Part shown: piece by piece, positions 6,566 to 15,196 of the stretch
Layout: the number at the start of each line of letters is the position of its first letter
Numbering within the stretch: position 1 is the first letter of the stretch
IMG/VR virus record: IMGVR_UViG_2558860472_000005
Location: 1-34,628 of that record
Reading direction: 5' to 3' (one strand)
Length of the DNA stretch: 34,628 bases
Origin: a virus
Taxonomy: Duplodnaviria; Heunggongvirae; Uroviricota; Caudoviricetes
The notes under the pieces: generated by a model
What the model saw: the letters and a program-made list of their open reading frames with translations, nothing else
Told to the model about the DNA's origin: nothing
Database searches by the model: none
Position numbers and translations under genes: made by a program

Positions 6566-6900
6566 ACAGTTTAACAACACACTACCGTCGCTCGCAACTG
6601 ATTGCGCTTCCTGTACCGGGTGGAAAAGCGAAGGTGGAATATTGCTATGCAGTGAATGTACCAGGTGACAGGGAAATTGTAACCCACAGCTTTGCAGAGT
6701 GGGCTGTGGGTGATTTCAACCGGCAGAAGGAGACAGTCCTTTGCGACAAGTTAACCGCTGGTTCAAAGATCACTACGGAGTGCCCGTCAGAGTCATTCGT
6801 TGGGAGCCGGAAACACAACGGGTTATCTACCTCCGCGAAGGTTATGAGCATGAATGCTTCAGTCCGCTCGAACAGTTTCGTCGTAAATTCAGGGAAATAG
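6562..6900 (+). CDS. Hypothetical early protein (YmfM-like position)
   Basis: 112-aa ORF with a 4-nt overlap to the upstream gene. No family recognised. Confidence 0.45.
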   Translation: MNSLTTHYRRSQLIALPVPGGKAKVEYCYAVNVPGDREIVTHSFAEWAVGDFNRQKETVLCDKLTAGSKITTECPSESFVGSRKHNGLSTSAKVMSMNASVRSNSFVVNSGK

Positions 6901-6909
6901 AGGTCGGTC

Positions 6910-7851
6910 ATGAGCACTAAATTAACCGGCTATGTATGGGATGGTTGCGCTGCATCAGGCATGAAGTTATCCAGCGTGGCAATTATGGCCCGCCTGGCTG
7001 ATTTCAGTAATGACGAAGGTGTGTGCTGGCCATCAATTGAAACCATTGCCCGTCAGATTGGCGCGGGGATGAGTACCGTCAGAACGGCTATCGCACGGCT
7101 GGAAGCAGAAGGCTGGTTAACGCGTAAGGCGCGTCGCCAGGGTAACCGCAATGCGTCGAATGTTTATCAGCTTAACGTTGCGAAGCTTCAGGCAGCGGCA
7201 TTTTCTCAACTGTCAGATTCTGACCCGTCAAAATCTGACGCATCAAAATCTGACCCGTCAAAATTTGATGCGTCGAAATCTGGCAAAAAAGCGGGTTTTC
7301 ACCCGTCAGAATCTGGCGGGGATCCGTCAGTAAAATCAAAACATGATCCGTCAGATAAAAAACCTTCTCGTCCGGACGCTTCGCAACCGGACACGCAGAC
7401 GGCTGAACAGGATTTTTTAACTCGCCATCCTGATGCGGTTGTATTCAGCCCTAAAAAGCGCCAGTGGGGAACGCAGGATGATTTGACCTGCGCACAGTGG
7501 CTCTGGAAAAAAATCATCGCCCTGTACGAGCAGGCCGCCGAATGTGACGGCGAGGTGGTTCGTCCCAAAGAACCGAACTGGACAGCCTGGGCAAACGAAA
7601 TTCGCCTGATGTGTGTGCAGGATGGTCGTAATCATAAACAAATCTGCGAGATGTACAGCCGCGTCAGTCGCGATCCGTTCTGGTGCCGTAACGTGCTCAG
7701 CCCGTCGAAGCTGCGGGAAAAATGGGATGAGCTTTCCCTGCGCTTATCGCCGTCCGTCAGCACGTACACCGAAAAACGCGAAGACCCGTACTTCAAATCC
7801 AGTTACGACAACGTGGACTACAGCCAGATCCCGGCAGGATTCAGGGGGTGA
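6910..7851 (+). CDS. Replication initiator-like protein with N-terminal winged-helix domain
   Basis: N-terminal wHTH pattern (CWPSIETIARQIGAGMSTVRTAIARLEAEGWL). The central region carries tandem DNA iterons, like lambda O with its internal ori. Confidence 0.7.
   Translation: MSTKLTGYVWDGCAASGMKLSSVAIMARLADFSNDEGVCWPSIETIARQIGAGMSTVRTAIARLEAEGWLTRKARRQGNRNASNVYQLNVAKLQAAAFSQLSDSDPSKSDASKSDPSKFDASKSGKKAGFHPSESGGDPSVKSKHDPSDKKPSRPDASQPDTQTAEQDFLTRHPDAVVFSPKKRQWGTQDDLTCAQWLWKKIIALYEQAAECDGEVVRPKEPNWTAWANEIRLMCVQDGRNHKQICEMYSRVSRDPFWCRNVLSPSKLREKWDELSLRLSPSVSTYTEKREDPYFKSSYDNVDYSQIPAGFRG
7210..7362. repeat. Iteron array (candidate ori) inside the initiator gene
   Basis: Five tandem 15-bp units of type CCGTCAAAATCTGAC span 7210-7284. 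Three further CCGTCAG-type copies lie at about 7303, 7324 and 7348, followed by an A-rich stretch. They translate as SKSDx pentapeptide repeats. Confidence 0.6.
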
Positions 7852-7853
7852 TC

Positions 7854-8342
7854 ATGAGTCTGTTAAATGACGTTCAGAAATTCATTGAAGCCCATCCTGG
7901 GTGTACTTCCGGAGACATTGCGGATGCTTTTGCAGGTTACTCACGGCAGCGCGTTCTGCAGTCTGCAAGCAAGTTACGTCAGAGTGGGCGTGTGGCTCAC
8001 CGTTGTGAAGGAGATACACGCAGACATTTCCCGCGCCTGACTGAGAGAGCGCAGGAGCCGGAACCACAACCAGTTCGTGAAACCAGACCTGTGCGCAATT
8101 TCTATGTCGGCACTAACGATCCCCGGGTGATTTTGTGCCTGACCCGCCAGGCTGAAGAACTGGAGTCAAGGGGCTTATACCGTCGTGCTGCAACCGTGTG
8201 GATGGCGGCATTCCGTGAAAGCCACTCCCAGCCAGAACGAAACAATTTTCTGGCGCGTCGTGAGCAGTGCTTACAGAAAAGCAGCAAGCGCGCTGCATCG
8301 GGTGAAGAGTGGTATCTGTCAGGGAATTACGTGGGGGCGTAA
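7854..8342 (+). CDS. PerC-domain transcriptional regulator-like protein
   Basis: The C-terminal segment AEELESRGLYRRAATVWMAAF matches the A..LE..G.WRRAA..W signature remembered for the PerC/Pch family. The start is ambiguous: GTG at 7848 or ATG at 7854 after AGGGGG. Confidence 0.5.
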   Translation: MSLLNDVQKFIEAHPGCTSGDIADAFAGYSRQRVLQSASKLRQSGRVAHRCEGDTRRHFPRLTERAQEPEPQPVRETRPVRNFYVGTNDPRVILCLTRQAEELESRGLYRRAATVWMAAFRESHSQPERNNFLARREQCLQKSSKRAASGEEWYLSGNYVGA

Positions 8343-8668
8343 TGACGACGTTAACTCAATGCCAGCAGCAGGTGCTGGATATGCTGATTTCTTATCAGAA
8401 AGAGCGTGGCTTTCCGCCAACCAATCAGGAGGTGGCAACCATGGTGGGATACCGTTCGGTGAATGCAGCGGTGGAGCATCTTCGCGCACTGGAGAAAAAA
8501 GGCCTCATCACGATAAAGCGTGGCGTGGCACGGGGGATAACGCTTCATACCGCTGTGAAGGACGACGACAGCGAGGCGGTCGGGATTATCCGCGCACTGC
8601 TTGCCGGTGAGGAAAACGCCAGGCTGCGTGCAGCCCACTGGTTACATGAGAGGGGCCTGAAAGTATGA
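8342..8668 (+). CDS. LexA N-terminal DNA-binding-domain-only protein
   Basis: TAATG start/stop overlap at 8340-8344. MTTLTQCQQQVLDMLISYQKERGFPPTNQEVATMVGYRSVNAAVEHLRALEKKGLITIKRGVARGITL aligns along its length with the LexA wHTH (..LTARQQEVFDLI...[41 protein letters not shown]). There is no cleavage site and no S24 domain. Confidence 0.65.
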   Translation: MTTLTQCQQQVLDMLISYQKERGFPPTNQEVATMVGYRSVNAAVEHLRALEKKGLITIKRGVARGITLHTAVKDDDSEAVGIIRALLAGEENARLRAAHWLHERGLKV

Positions 8669-9054
8669 AGCTGATTCTGCCTTTTCCGCCCAGCGTGAAC
8701 ACGTACTGGCGACACCCCAACAAAGGGGCGTTTGCTGGTAAGAGCCTGATAAGCGCGGCGGGGCGCAAATTCCAGAGCGCGGCGTGTGCAGCAATAGTTG
8801 AGCAGTTACGTCGTCTGCCAAAACCAACGTCGGCACCTGCTTCAGTGGAGATCGTGTTGTTTCCACCGGATAACCGGATCCGCGATCTGGACAACTATAA
8901 CAAGGCGCTGTTTGACGCCCTGACCCACGCGGGTGTGTGGGAGGACGACAGTCAGGTGAAAAGAATGCTGGTGGAGTGGGGGCCGGTTATCCCGGAAGGG
9001 AAGGTCGAGATCACTATCAGTAAGTACGAGAAAACGGCGGGTGCAGCCGCCTGA
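8665..9054 (+). CDS. rusA: RusA-family Holliday junction resolvase
   Basis: LPFPPSVNTYWRH ... RDLDNYNKALFDALTHAGVWEDDSQV is the typical RusA signature. 129 aa. Confidence 0.9.
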   Translation: MKLILPFPPSVNTYWRHPNKGAFAGKSLISAAGRKFQSAACAAIVEQLRRLPKPTSAPASVEIVLFPPDNRIRDLDNYNKALFDALTHAGVWEDDSQVKRMLVEWGPVIPEGKVEITISKYEKTAGAAA

Positions 9055-9073
9055 TTAAGAGGAGAAACGAAGT

Positions 9074-9871
9074 ATGAATAATCTGATGGTCATTGATGGT
9101 ATTGAAGTTCGTCGTGATGCTTATGGGCGTTACAGCCTGAACGATCTGCACAGGGCTGCCGGTTCTCAGGATAAGCATAAGCCTGCATTTTGGCTCCGCA
9201 ATGAGCAAACCGAACGTTTAATAAGCGAGTTGCAGATTTGCAACTCGGTCAATATAGAGCCAGTTAACGTTAGTCGTGGCGGAAATAACCAGGGGACGTA
9301 TGTCTGCAAAGAACTGGTGTATGCCTATGCAATGTGGATCAGCCCGTCATTCCATCTGAAGGTGATCCGTACTTTCGATATGGTAACCAGCGCACCGGAA
9401 AAATTATCCGGGCAGGCTGCTGACAAGATGCAGGCTGGTGTAATTCTGCTGGACTTTATGCGTCGGGAGTTAAACCTGTCTAACTCATCTGTGCTTGGTG
9501 CCTGTCAGAAACTCCAGGAGGCTGTTGGCTTACCGAATCTGGCACCGCGCTATGCCATTGATGCTCCTGCTGACGCGCCTGATGGCTCAAGTCGCCCCAC
9601 GCTGTCGCTGAGTGCACTGCTGAAACAGTATGGTATCCGCCTTACGGCTAATCAGGCATATCACCAGATGGTGAAGCTGGGGATCGTCGAGCAGCGCGAA
9701 CGATACAGCCGTACCTCGATTAACAACATCAAAAAATTCTGGTCGCTGACAGCGAAAGGCTGCATGTTCGGCAAGAACATCACCAGTCCCGCAAATCCGC
9801 GCGAGACGCAGCCGCATTTCTTCGAATCCCGATTCCCTGAGCTGTTAAAGCTGCTCGATACCGTTCATTGA
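9074..9871 (+). CDS. KilA-N domain protein (antirepressor-like)
   Basis: N-terminal pattern YSLNDLHRAAG...KHKPAFWLRNEQT ... GTYVCKELVYAYAMWISPSFHLKVIRTFD is typical of KilA-N. Confidence 0.8.
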   Translation: MNNLMVIDGIEVRRDAYGRYSLNDLHRAAGSQDKHKPAFWLRNEQTERLISELQICNSVNIEPVNVSRGGNNQGTYVCKELVYAYAMWISPSFHLKVIRTFDMVTSAPEKLSGQAADKMQAGVILLDFMRRELNLSNSSVLGACQKLQEAVGLPNLAPRYAIDAPADAPDGSSRPTLSLSALLKQYGIRLTANQAYHQMVKLGIVEQRERYSRTSINNIKKFWSLTAKGCMFGKNITSPANPRETQPHFFESRFPELLKLLDTVH

Positions 9872-9872
9872 G

Positions 9873-10868
9873 GTGACTGTGAGAGCACTACTGACCCCTG
9901 AAATTGCCCCGCGTATGGGGATCGTATTGTTCAGACCAGGTTCAGAGCTGATGCCCCTGTTTATGCAGGGGCGTGTCCTGCTGGAGCCTGAGCCGGAACG
10001 TTATTCATCTTTCGCCAGTGGTGCCGTTCCGGCGGCATCACAACCGCTGGCGGATGATCCTGCCGTTCGGGCCGTGTTCCGCAATGAGGCAGTGATCCGT
10101 CGTGCTGGTGGCGTGGAATGTCTTGAAAGCTGGTTACTTCGTGAAAAAAGCTGTCAGTGGCCTCATTCCGACTGGCATAGCGAGAACATGACAACAATGC
10201 GACACGCGCCGGGCGCAATCCGTCTGTGCTGGCACTGTGATAATCAGCTGCGCGATCAGTTCACGGAACGGCTGGAATCAATGGCAACGGATAACTGTGC
10301 CCGCTGGGTGTTGTCTGTTGTGCGTCGGGATCTCGGTTTTGATGATAGTCACGTTGTGACAATGCCGGAACTGTGCTGGTGGCTGATTCGTAATGATCTG
10401 GCGGATGCCTTACCGGAAAGTGCAGCCCGTAAGGCACTGAGATTACCGAAGCCTGTTGTGCCGTCTGTTACCCGGGAAAGTGACCTTGTGCCTTCGGTTC
10501 CTGCCACCAGCATCATCCAGGATAAAGCGAAAAAGGTGCTGGCGCTGAAAGTGGATCCGGAGTCGCCGGAGTCTTTTATGTTACGCCCTAAACGTCGCCG
10601 CTGGGTTAACGAAAAGTACACGCGCTGGGTTAAGACGCAGCCGTGTGCATGTTGTGGAAAGCCTGCTGATGATCCCCACCACCTGATAGGTCACGGTCAG
10701 GGTGGAATGGGTACAAAAGCGCATGACCTCTTTGTGTTGCCTTTGTGCAGAAAGCATCACGACGAGCTGCATGCGGATACTGTGGCATTTGAAGATAAAT
10801 ATGGCTCTCAACTGGAGCTGATATTTCGTTTTATCGATCGTGCGCTGGCAACTGGCGTGCTGGCCTGA
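9873..10868 (+). CDS. DUF968-like (YdfU-like) protein with C-terminal HNH/zinc-type motif
   Basis: C-terminal [18 protein letters not shown] ... [10 protein letters not shown]. 331 aa, located in the Nin-region position. Confidence 0.65.
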   Translation: MTVRALLTPEIAPRMGIVLFRPGSELMPLFMQGRVLLEPEPERYSSFASGAVPAASQPLADDPAVRAVFRNEAVIRRAGGVECLESWLLREKSCQWPHSDWHSENMTTMRHAPGAIRLCWHCDNQLRDQFTERLESMATDNCARWVLSVVRRDLGFDDSHVVTMPELCWWLIRNDLADALPESAARKALRLPKPVVPSVTRESDLVPSVPATSIIQDKAKKVLALKVDPESPESFMLRPKRRRWVNEKYTRWVKTQPCACCGKPADDPHHLIGHGQGGMGTKAHDLFVLPLCRKHHDELHADTVAFEDKYGSQLELIFRFIDRALATGVLA

Positions 10869-10885
10869 TTTTGTGGAGAAAGTTG

Positions 10886-11257
10886 ATGCGTGATATTCAA
10901 ATGGTTCTTGAACGTTGGGGTGCATGGGTGGCAAATAATCACGAGGATGTCACTTGGTCGTCTATTGCTGCAGGATTTAAAGGACTAATCCCTTCAAAAG
11001 TAAAATCCCGCCCGCAATGTTGTGACGATGACGCGATGATCATTTGTGGGTGTATGGCTCGCCTGAAAAAGAACAACAGCGATTTGCACGATTTATTAGT
11101 GGATTACTATGTAGGAGGTATGACATTTATGGCGCTTGCCCGTAAACATGGGCGTTCTGATTGCTGGGTTGGGCGTTTATTGCAAAAAGCGGAAGGAGTA
11201 GTTGATGGTATGTTGATAATGCTAGATATTGAATTGGAAATGGAACGTAAAATTTAG
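10886..11257 (+). CDS. Late-gene antiterminator Q-like protein
   Basis: The likely start is ATG at 10886, 7 nt after [22 protein letters not shown].. with a Cys cluster ([14 protein letters not shown]), and the last gene before the lysis region. The family assignment is from memory. Confidence 0.6.
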   Translation: MRDIQMVLERWGAWVANNHEDVTWSSIAAGFKGLIPSKVKSRPQCCDDDAMIICGCMARLKKNNSDLHDLLVDYYVGGMTFMALARKHGRSDCWVGRLLQKAEGVVDGMLIMLDIELEMERKI

Positions 11258-11486
11258 TTATGTTATGAATAAATAAATGCTAATGATTTTTGTAAGATAG
11301 CTCATTTTATGTCCATAGGTGATGTATGCATTAATATGATTAATTTGTCTCCTTATAAAAATAAGATTATGTAAATAATAACAAAGGGTGACATTATTAA
11401 GTGTTGCTTTTTCTTAGTAAGTTGTTATCCTACTTAAGGTTGAATGATATTGTATCGAATAAAGTTGCTTATATAGAATTATTTTT

Positions 11487-12014
11487 ATGTTATGGCTTAT
11501 TGAGTTAGTTAATAGGATGATTGAATCAATGCTTTCAAATGTAATTTTAAGTGGAGCTATGTCCACGTTATTGGCTGCATTTCTAATTTTTGTGTTTAAG
11601 GAGTATATAAAAAGGCCACCTAATTTTTCAGGGGTGTTTGAGATCGAGTGTAAAACGCTAAAATCATCATATAATTCATATGTAAACCTAACTACATTCT
11701 ATACATTAGTGTTGATTTGTGATAATAACACTATAGAAGGACATATTGAAAAAATAAAAGATATCGAAAATGATGGGTATGAAAGAAAATATATTGGCGT
11801 GCATCGCAATATTGGCGATGTCAATGGTGTAATTAAAAGAAATTACTTAAGACCTAACCATGCTTCGTTGAATATAAAAATGCATGGTGATAAGAGGGAT
11901 TATACTATTATGCTATATTTTAAGAAGGTGAATACGAAAAATATGAAAGGAACTTTTTTATCTACTGCTGCAGATTCTTCTGGAGATGTTAAGTGGCAGC
12001 GAAAAAATTTTTAA
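11487..12014 (+). CDS. Hypothetical single-pass membrane protein (first gene of the AT-rich cassette)
   Basis: N-terminal hydrophobic helix (VILSGAMSTLLAAFLIFVF) followed by a soluble domain. Very low G+C. The start codon is uncertain (several Met, weak SDs). It overlaps the next gene by 22 nt. Confidence 0.5.
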   Translation: MLWLIELVNRMIESMLSNVILSGAMSTLLAAFLIFVFKEYIKRPPNFSGVFEIECKTLKSSYNSYVNLTTFYTLVLICDNNTIEGHIEKIKDIENDGYERKYIGVHRNIGDVNGVIKRNYLRPNHASLNIKMHGDKRDYTIMLYFKKVNTKNMKGTFLSTAADSSGDVKWQRKNF

Positions 12015-12637
12015 TTTATTTACTGTCGTTGCCATATTTAATAATGGCTTCGATTATCATAAAGCTTAAAGTTAAAAGTATAATTGATGATTATGAGAAA
12101 TGTACTACTTATATTTACTGTAACTCGAAGAAATATAATAACATTTCTCCTGTTATGATTGATATATTAAGGTTAGCAGAGGATCATCGACAATTATTGC
12201 ATAGAGGGATTGACCCCATTGCAATCATTAGAACTTTTTATCTGAGGATATTTAAAAATATACACCAAGGAGCGAGCACTATAGAACAGCAGTTTGTGAG
12301 AACTATAACTAAAAGATACGAAAAAACAATACGTAGAAAGATAAGAGAGCAGATATTGGCTATATTGATTAGAAATGTATCAACTCCAGATGATATATGT
12401 AAGTGTTATCTTTCTTGTTGTTACTATGGCTATGGAACTTATGGGATAGATAATCTTTTAAAAAAGAAACAAAATATCAGTGATTTTGATATTGTTGCAA
12501 TGATTAAATATCCATTCAGGGGAGAAGTTGTTTCAGTTACAGAGGAACGATTTAAACATAGGTCGCTCTATCTTTCCACTTTATATAAATTAAATGCACA
12601 AAGGGATATGATTTTTTTGCGAAAATATAGTGGGTGA
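11993..12637 (+). CDS. Membrane-anchored GT51-family peptidoglycan glycosyltransferase homologue (MtgA-like)
   Basis: GTG start 7 nt after GGAG, with an N-terminal TM helix (FLIYLLSLPYLIMASIII). The GT51 motifs occur in order: AEDHRQLLHRGID (EDxxFxxHxGxD), QGASTIEQQ (GGSTITQQ) and RRKIRE (RKxxE). Both catalytic Glu positions are present. Confidence 0.7.
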   Translation: MAAKKFLIYLLSLPYLIMASIIIKLKVKSIIDDYEKCTTYIYCNSKKYNNISPVMIDILRLAEDHRQLLHRGIDPIAIIRTFYLRIFKNIHQGASTIEQQFVRTITKRYEKTIRRKIREQILAILIRNVSTPDDICKCYLSCCYYGYGTYGIDNLLKKKQNISDFDIVAMIKYPFRGEVVSVTEERFKHRSLYLSTLYKLNAQRDMIFLRKYSG

Positions 12638-12834
12638 TTATGTTAAGTGTATTTTATTATGTGTCAAAAAGTTTAGTCATCTCTGCTTAATGTATAATCG
12701 TGAATGTTTTTATTCAGATTTTATGCATGTCAAGTTGATGAGTGCCGTCGACATAAGATATGGGGATAATGAATAGTTTACAATCGTAAATAATAGAATA
12801 TCCTGTTAAAAGTGGTTACTTCTCCACGCAGCTT

Positions 12835-12866
12835 AAACCCGCCGTCGAGCGGGTTTTGTCGTTTCT
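12835..12866 (+). terminator. Hairpin terminator upstream of the holin (tR'-like position)
   Basis: AAACCCGC-CGTCGA-GCGGGTTT followed by TGTCGTTTCT. It lies just right of the point where G+C returns to backbone level. Confidence 0.5.
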
Positions 12867-13008
12867 GGGTCTGGGGATTCCTTGGTCCTAGCCTATCCCG
12901 CAGTTATCCATTAACTCGGCTTCTTTGACGTTTCCGCTTCTGATTTGCGGTACATGATGTTTCCTCAATTTGCACCTGCTGTATCAGCGAGGTGAGAGAT
13001 AACTACAA

Positions 13009-13335
13009 ATGCCTCATAACCCAAATACCTGGCTGGAGTTGGTCCAGAGCTGGTGGCGTGGAGACACACCGCTGGGCGCAGTGATTATGTCGATCGTTAT
13101 GGCTGGTTTACGTATTGCCTATTTTGGCGGCGGTGGCGGATGGAAACGAAAAACACTCGAAATTTTGCTCTGTGGCGCTCTGACGCTGACATTTGCATCC
13201 GCTCTTGAGTATGTCGGATGGCCTAAATCACTTTCTGTTGCCATTGGTGGTGGTGTTGGGCTGATCGGTGTCGATGCTATTCGTGGGGCAGCAATGCGAG
13301 TAATCGGTAACAAATTTGGTAGCTCGAAGGAGTAA
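13009..13335 (+). CDS. S: Holin, lambda S family
   Basis: 108 aa with multiple TM segments and a charged C-terminus, located immediately upstream of the endolysin. The overall pattern resembles lambda S. Confidence 0.85.
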   Translation: MPHNPNTWLELVQSWWRGDTPLGAVIMSIVMAGLRIAYFGGGGGWKRKTLEILLCGALTLTFASALEYVGWPKSLSVAIGGGVGLIGVDAIRGAAMRVIGNKFGSSKE

Positions 13336-13338
13336 TTT

Positions 13339-13815
13339 ATGCAGGCACTAAATTCCCAGCGTAAAGCTTTCCTTGATATGGTGGCATGGTCAGAAGGAAC
13401 GGATAACGGGCGACAACCGACACGTAACCACGGTTATGACGTTATTGTTGGTGGTGAACTGTTTACTGATTACTCCGATCATCCTCGCAAACTTGTCACG
13501 CTAAACCCCAAACTCAAATCAACAGCCGCCGGACGTTACCAGCTTCTTTCACGTTGGTGGGATGCTTACCGTAAACAGCTTGGTTTGAAAGACTTCTCCC
13601 CCAAAAGCCAGGACGCTGTGGCATTGCAGCAGATTAAAGAACGTGGCGCTTTACCGATGATTGATCGTGGTGATATTCGTCAGGCTATCGACCGTTGCAG
13701 CAATATCTGGGCTTCGTTGCCGGGCGCTGGTTACGGTCAGTATGAACATAAAATTGGTGACCTGATTGCCAGGTTTAAAGAGGTTGGCGGGGTGGTAAAT
13801 GAAGTTGAGCTATAA
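13339..13815 (+). CDS. R: Endolysin, lambda R-type lytic transglycosylase
   Basis: NSQRKAFLDMVAWSEGTDNGRQPTRNHGYDVIVGGELFTDYSDHPRKLVTLNPKL... is near-identical in pattern to lambda R. Confidence 0.95.
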   Translation: MQALNSQRKAFLDMVAWSEGTDNGRQPTRNHGYDVIVGGELFTDYSDHPRKLVTLNPKLKSTAAGRYQLLSRWWDAYRKQLGLKDFSPKSQDAVALQQIKERGALPMIDRGDIRQAIDRCSNIWASLPGAGYGQYEHKIGDLIARFKEVGGVVNEVEL

Positions 13816-14260
13816 GCTAGTTATCGCTGCTTTCTTCGTTACTATTATTGGTTCTTTCATCTGGTCAGCGAATCATTACCACAATCAAGCCATTGAATAC
13901 AAAAAGCAGCGCGACGAAAACGCTATGGCATTACATTCGGCTATGGCGACGATCTCTGATATGCAGAAGCGTCAACGTGACGTAGCTGAACTTGACGCCA
14001 GATACACAAAGGAGCTTGCTGATGCTAACACGACTCTCGAAAGTCTCCGTACTGATGTCTCTGCTGGTCGTAAGCGCTTGCAATTCGCCGCCACCTGTGC
14101 AAAGTCAACGACCGGAGCCAGCGGCATGGGCTATGGAGAAAGTCCAAGACTTACAGCTGATGCTGAACTCAATTATTACCGCCTCCGAAGTGGGATCGAC
14201 AAGATAACTGCACAGGTTAACTACTTGCAGGAGTACATCAAGACACAGTGCCAGAAATGA
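13799..14260 (+). CDS. Rz: i-spanin Rz
   Basis: N-terminal TM anchor and a coiled-coil periplasmic domain. It overlaps the end of the endolysin gene and has Rz1 embedded in it. Confidence 0.9.
   Translation: MKLSYKLVIAAFFVTIIGSFIWSANHYHNQAIEYKKQRDENAMALHSAMATISDMQKRQRDVAELDARYTKELADANTTLESLRTDVSAGRKRLQFAATCAKSTTGASGMGYGESPRLTADAELNYYRLRSGIDKITAQVNYLQEYIKTQCQK
14022..14207 (+). CDS. Rz1: o-spanin Rz1 (embedded lipoprotein)
   Basis: Lies in the +1 frame inside Rz, with ATG at 14022, 7 nt after GGAG. It has a lipobox (LLVVSAC) followed by a Pro-rich mature peptide. Confidence 0.8.
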   Translation: MLTRLSKVSVLMSLLVVSACNSPPPVQSQRPEPAAWAMEKVQDLQLMLNSIITASEVGSTR

Positions 14261-14332
14261 ATCTATAGATGACACTCCACGTTCGTATAAGATAATGCTA
14301 AATTACTATTAGCTTAATCACAGGAGACGGAC

Positions 14333-15196
14333 ATGGAAAGAGGTGTGGTATTTAGTGCATGCGAATTACTTAAAACCGAGGATGGAAAAGGCATCCGTAC
14401 AGGTAAATGGATTAGTCAATTAGAAATAAACTATCTATGTCTTTATTGGGATAAACTAGTTTCACCCACTAATAATATTATACATACAGCATTAAATAAC
14501 GAGGATGAATTAGAAAAATGTGGATTGCTAACCAGACCGGTATATAGACATCATGGTTGTTTTGATGGCCAATATATGGCGGATTTTTATGCTGAAACTC
14601 ATGCCAAAACAATAGATATACTTAGGCATGCGGATTCTTCTGTCGATTGGCGCATGCATTTTTTAAGTGACCAAATAAACTTGGTGCCTGAATTATCTAG
14701 AACCTCAGAAGTGATACGTTTTGAGCTAGCAAATTTATTACCCGTTCCCACAGAAGATGTGCACCTACATGATATTCTTGATTTCAAGGAAAGAAGAAAA
14801 CCTGAATTAATCGCTTTACATGAATATCTTGATGAGCTTTACTTGGAAATAAAACGTTCTGGTGATATCAATCTTCAGAAAGCAAAAGCTCTTTCTAATC
14901 TTAAACAAGCAATAAAGGATATCGAACGCTTAAATTGTGAAGTGTGGAAAAGTCCAATAAAATTTAGCATCTCTACTTCTTTTGAGTTCGATTTTTCACA
15001 AATATTTAGTCTGGCGGGAACTGTTTTATCTATGTCAGTAGATTATCCTTATAATGTTATTGGAGGGGTAAGTAGTTTGGCTTGTTTTTTGGGAGGATGC
15101 ATAAAAATAAAGCCGCAATTTCAACAAGTGTTATCATTAGGTAATGATAAATTAGTTTACATAAGCAAAGGAAAATCGGAGGGTATTATTTCCTGA
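14333..15196 (+). CDS. Hypothetical 287-aa protein (post-lysis moron)
   Basis: Low-G+C ORF with SD AGGAG between Rz and HNH. The C-terminal part is hydrophobic (IFSLAGTVLSMSV ... VIGGVSSLACFLGGCI). No family recognised. Confidence 0.6.
   Translation: MERGVVFSACELLKTEDGKGIRTGKWISQLEINYLCLYWDKLVSPTNNIIHTALNNEDELEKCGLLTRPVYRHHGCFDGQYMADFYAETHAKTIDILRHADSSVDWRMHFLSDQINLVPELSRTSEVIRFELANLLPVPTEDVHLHDILDFKERRKPELIALHEYLDELYLEIKRSGDINLQKAKALSNLKQAIKDIERLNCEVWKSPIKFSISTSFEFDFSQIFSLAGTVLSMSVDYPYNVIGGVSSLACFLGGCIKIKPQFQQVLSLGNDKLVYISKGKSEGIIS

Noticed and set aside
7210-7362. Short tandem repeats as a possible CRISPR or mini-array
   Set aside because: The units are contiguous 15-bp repeats without spacers, in frame inside a replication gene. 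Their organisation is iteron-like.
11258-13008. tRNA genes or a Shiga-toxin-like cargo in the Q-to-holin interval
   Set aside because: No cloverleaf-compatible segment was seen. The two ORFs show no A/B toxin features; one carries GT51 motifs instead.
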